60,185 nt of DNA from Elusimicrobia bacterium UBA4817 (GTDB taxonomy: Bacteria; Elusimicrobiota; UBA8919). The position numbers and the translations under genes were made by a program. The stretch lies in contig DHFT01000030.1 of assembly GCA_002402375.1 (NCBI GenBank), positions 1-60,185 on the forward strand, given 5' to 3'. The notes beneath the pieces are model-generated. The model saw nothing but the letters and a program-made list of their open reading frames with translations, was not told where the DNA came from and did no database searches. Positions 57,408 to 60,185 of the stretch are shown piece after piece (position 1 is the stretch's first letter; the number at the start of each line of letters is the position of its first letter).

Positions 57408-58969
57408 AAAAACATATATTATTATTTTTGGGTTGTGTTATAGTTTTTTTTAACGGTATAATTTTTACCGACAAGATGTTTTTCTTCAGAGATATACTTA
57501 ATCTTTTTATGCCTTACCGTCTTTTTGCGGCTGAAAATATTCAAAACGGAATAATTCCTATATGGAATCCCTATACATTTTTCGGACAACCGTTTCTGGC
57601 AAATCCCGAAACTTCACTTTTTTATCCTTTTACGATACTTTTTTATATTTTCAAATTTTCCGTCGCTTACAAACTTTTTATTGTTTTACATTTTTTTCTT
57701 GCAATCACACTCTTTTATATAGCCGCAAGATTTTTGAGGGGTAAAAAATCCTATTCAATAATAGCATCCGTTGCATGGGCATTCGGCGGATATCTTGTCG
57801 CAAGAATTGAGTTTTTAAGTATTCTCGGTGCGGCTATATGGCTGCCTCTAAGTATAATTTTTTTAATGCAAAATAAAAAAATTCTTTTGGGGCTTGTGTT
57901 TGCTATTCAAATATTTGCAGGACATCCGCAGGTGTTTTTTTATACAATTGTTTTCTCACTTTTTTTTCTTAATAAAAAAAGAGTAATTACGCTGACGGGT
58001 TCTTTAATTATTGCGTTCTTTTTGACGGCAGTTCAACTTCTACCGTTTGCAGAATTTGTAAAAAATTCAAACAGGGCGGAAGGCATTACTTATGAAGAAG
58101 CATCCAGCGTTTCTTTATCGCCGTCTGAAATTATTAGAAATCTTCTTCCGAAAAAAAACATTGACATAACCGGGAACTACTGGTTAAAGTCATTTTACAT
58201 CGGAATTATTCCTCTGGTTTTTGTTATTATCTATTTTTTTACCGGTGATAAAAAATTACTTTTGCCGCTAATAATAATTATTATTCTTGCACTCGGAAGA
58301 AATACGCCTGTCTATTTGTTTCTCTACAATTTCTTTCTGCCTTTTTCAAAAATAAGATACCCCGCTGCCATAATGTTTTTATTCGCATTTGTTCTGTGCC
58401 TGATGGTTTCAAAGTTAAAAATAGGCAAATTGAATAAATTCATTCCTCTCTTTTTTATTTTAACTATAACTGATTTATATTACAATTCGCTTAAATTAAA
58501 TCCGAGAATGTCCTCAAAATTGTTAAACATAAAAACTGAAAACATCGCAAAATTGCAGAATATCTCCGACGGTAAAAAATATCTTGTGCTTCCCGAAGCA
58601 TATTCGCCAAAACAGAATTATTTTGATTTTATAAATTCACTCCCGACAAATATAAACATACCTCATCATATTTATAACGCATCGGGTTATGACCCTTTAA
58701 CAACGGGAAAAATAGAAAATTTTATTGAAAAGATAACGAAAAATCCTATTGCTGAAGAACTTGCAAAATATGATATAAAATACATAATAACCGACGGAAA
58801 TGTTGACTCCAACTGGAAAAAAATAACCAAAAATCTTTTTGAGAATAAAATTACTCTTCCCAAAAATGTAATTGTTAACCCGCAGAATTTTCAACCCCAA
58901 TACATTATTTTTCTAACCGGTCTATGGCTAACCATTTTTAGCGTAGCATCATTAATACTAACTTTATGA
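57404..58969 (+). CDS. Second YfhO-like GT-C protein
   Basis: RD, PIWNPY..GQP.LAN; shares FGGYL..IEFLSILG.AIWLP with 54803. Confidence 0.78.
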   Translation: MKKHILLFLGCVIVFFNGIIFTDKMFFFRDILNLFMPYRLFAAENIQNGIIPIWNPYTFFGQPFLANPETSLFYPFTILFYIFKFSVAYKLFIVLHFFLAITLFYIAARFLRGKKSYSIIASVAWAFGGYLVARIEFLSILGAAIWLPLSIIFLMQNKKILLGLVFAIQIFAGHPQVFFYTIVFSLFFLNKKRVITLTGSLIIAFFLTAVQLLPFAEFVKNSNRAEGITYEEASSVSLSPSEIIRNLLPKKNIDITGNYWLKSFYIGIIPLVFVIIYFFTGDKKLLLPLIIIIILALGRNTPVYLFLYNFFLPFSKIRYPAAIMFLFAFVLCLMVSKLKIGKLNKFIPLFFILTITDLYYNSLKLNPRMSSKLLNIKTENIAKLQNISDGKKYLVLPEAYSPKQNYFDFINSLPTNINIPHHIYNASGYDPLTTGKIENFIEKITKNPIAEELAKYDIKYIITDGNVDSNWKKITKNLFENKITLPKNVIVNPQNFQPQYIIFLTGLWLTIFSVASLILTL

Positions 58970-60093
58970 AATTAAAAATTTGCATGCTTATAGCAAGATT
59001 TTATCCTATAACCGGCGGTACCGAATTACAGGCACAAAGATTGTCGGAAACACTTATAAATGCAGGACATACAGTATTCATTCTTACGGCACGCCTCAAT
59101 GGTTTAAAAAAATATGAAGTAATAAACGGACTGCCTGTATACAGAACTTATGCATTGGGACGAAATTTTATTTCATCTATATTTTTTTGTATATCTTCAT
59201 TTATCTTTCTTCTGAAAAATTCGGATAAATACGATATCATACATCTGCATCTTGCATCATCCCATGTATTTCCGGCAATTCTAATTAAAAAACTACTCGG
59301 TAAAAAAATAATTCTTAAATTCGGCGGGGCGCGGGCAACAGGAGATATCGGAACATCTCTTTCAAAACCGTGGGGAAAATTAAAACTTAAAATTATTAGA
59401 AAATATTTTGATGTGTTTATTGTACCCAGCAACGAAATTTATAAAGAACTGACTGGTTTTGGTTTTCCGACGCAAAAAATCGTCAAAATATCCAACGGCG
59501 TAAATACCGATTATTTTAAGCAGGTAAGTGAAACAGATAAATTAAATTTAAGAAAAAATCTTAACTTACCGGAAAAAGGTCTTATTGCTATTTATACCGG
59601 TCGCATTGAAAAAGGAAAGGGAATTGAATTTTTAATCAAACAATGGAGTACAGTTAAAAATATAGACCTCTTAATTTTAGGTTCCGGTTCACTTGAAAGT
59701 GAATTAAAAAAATCTGACACAGAGAAAAACATCCGCTTTCTTGGATTCAAAGATAATATTAAAGAGTATCTGCAATCAAGCGACATTTTTATTCTACCGT
59801 CTTTTGGGGAGGGACTTTCTAATGCTTTACTTGAAGCGATGTCATGCGGACTTGTTGTTATTGCCAATAAAATACCCGCAAATGAAGAAGTAATAACAAA
59901 TAATAAAAACGGCATAATTATAGACATATTAGACAAACAGGAATTAACATCAACTATTGACAAATTAATAAAAAATAAAGAGTTGCTTGACAAATTGGGT
60001 AATCATGCACGACAAACGGTAGAAAATTATTTTTCTATAACCCATATAGCCAACCTATATCTAACCCTCTACATAAAAATTTTATCAAACTAA
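58966..60093 (+). CDS. GT4 glycosyltransferase
   Basis: GG.E, NGV, GRI..KG, EGLSNALLEAM. Confidence 0.9.
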   Translation: MKLKICMLIARFYPITGGTELQAQRLSETLINAGHTVFILTARLNGLKKYEVINGLPVYRTYALGRNFISSIFFCISSFIFLLKNSDKYDIIHLHLASSHVFPAILIKKLLGKKIILKFGGARATGDIGTSLSKPWGKLKLKIIRKYFDVFIVPSNEIYKELTGFGFPTQKIVKISNGVNTDYFKQVSETDKLNLRKNLNLPEKGLIAIYTGRIEKGKGIEFLIKQWSTVKNIDLLILGSGSLESELKKSDTEKNIRFLGFKDNIKEYLQSSDIFILPSFGEGLSNALLEAMSCGLVVIANKIPANEEVITNNKNGIIIDILDKQELTSTIDKLIKNKELLDKLGNHARQTVENYFSITHIANLYLTLYIKILSN

Positions 60094-60101
60094 AAAAGTA
60101 C

Positions 60102-60130
60102 TTGACAAAAACCGAAAAATTGTTTATACT
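60102..60130 (+). promoter_or_regulatory. sigma70 promoter for a gene beyond the window
   Basis: TTGACA-17bp-TATACT. Confidence 0.75.
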
Positions 60131-60185
60131 ATATTTGGAACATTTAATACATATTAAACGATCACTTCTGTCCGCTAAAAATTAA

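Noticed and set aside
70-59993. Numerous short antisense or alternate-frame ORFs in the track
   Set aside because: They shadow well-supported genes and lack motifs or expression signals

Overview
AT-rich bacterial chromosomal window. The pilin family, the PorV-like/T9SS-type genes and the repeat style suggest an uncultured Elusimicrobiota-like lineage, which is inference only. It carries a nearly complete type IVa pilus system in two blocks. Block 1 is pilB-pilT-TPR-pilC, pilins and pilD. Block 2 is a HAMP protein, minor pilins, a 2379-aa secreted PLD-nuclease/LTD/FN3 protein and pilMNOPQ. Between them lie housekeeping genes (rsmA, pdxA, two PPIases, mfd, rlmD, gatB, moeA, feoAB). After them come a T9SS-like cargo/PorV pair and a surface-glycosylation cluster. 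Most interesting: (1) a variant purine riboswitch wired as a transcriptional ON switch in front of the minor-pilin operon; (2) a C-terminally truncated PilX whose missing beta-hairpin appears at the C-terminus of the giant nuclease-like protein, suggesting a non-PilY1 pilus-tip nuclease or adhesin; (3) several families of 7/8-mer tandem repeats and hairpin elements inserted in frame into signal peptides and core enzymes; (4) several single-gene or element insertions bracketed by duplicated promoter or RBS sequences. No rRNA, tRNA, CRISPR array, transposase or integrase was recognised.
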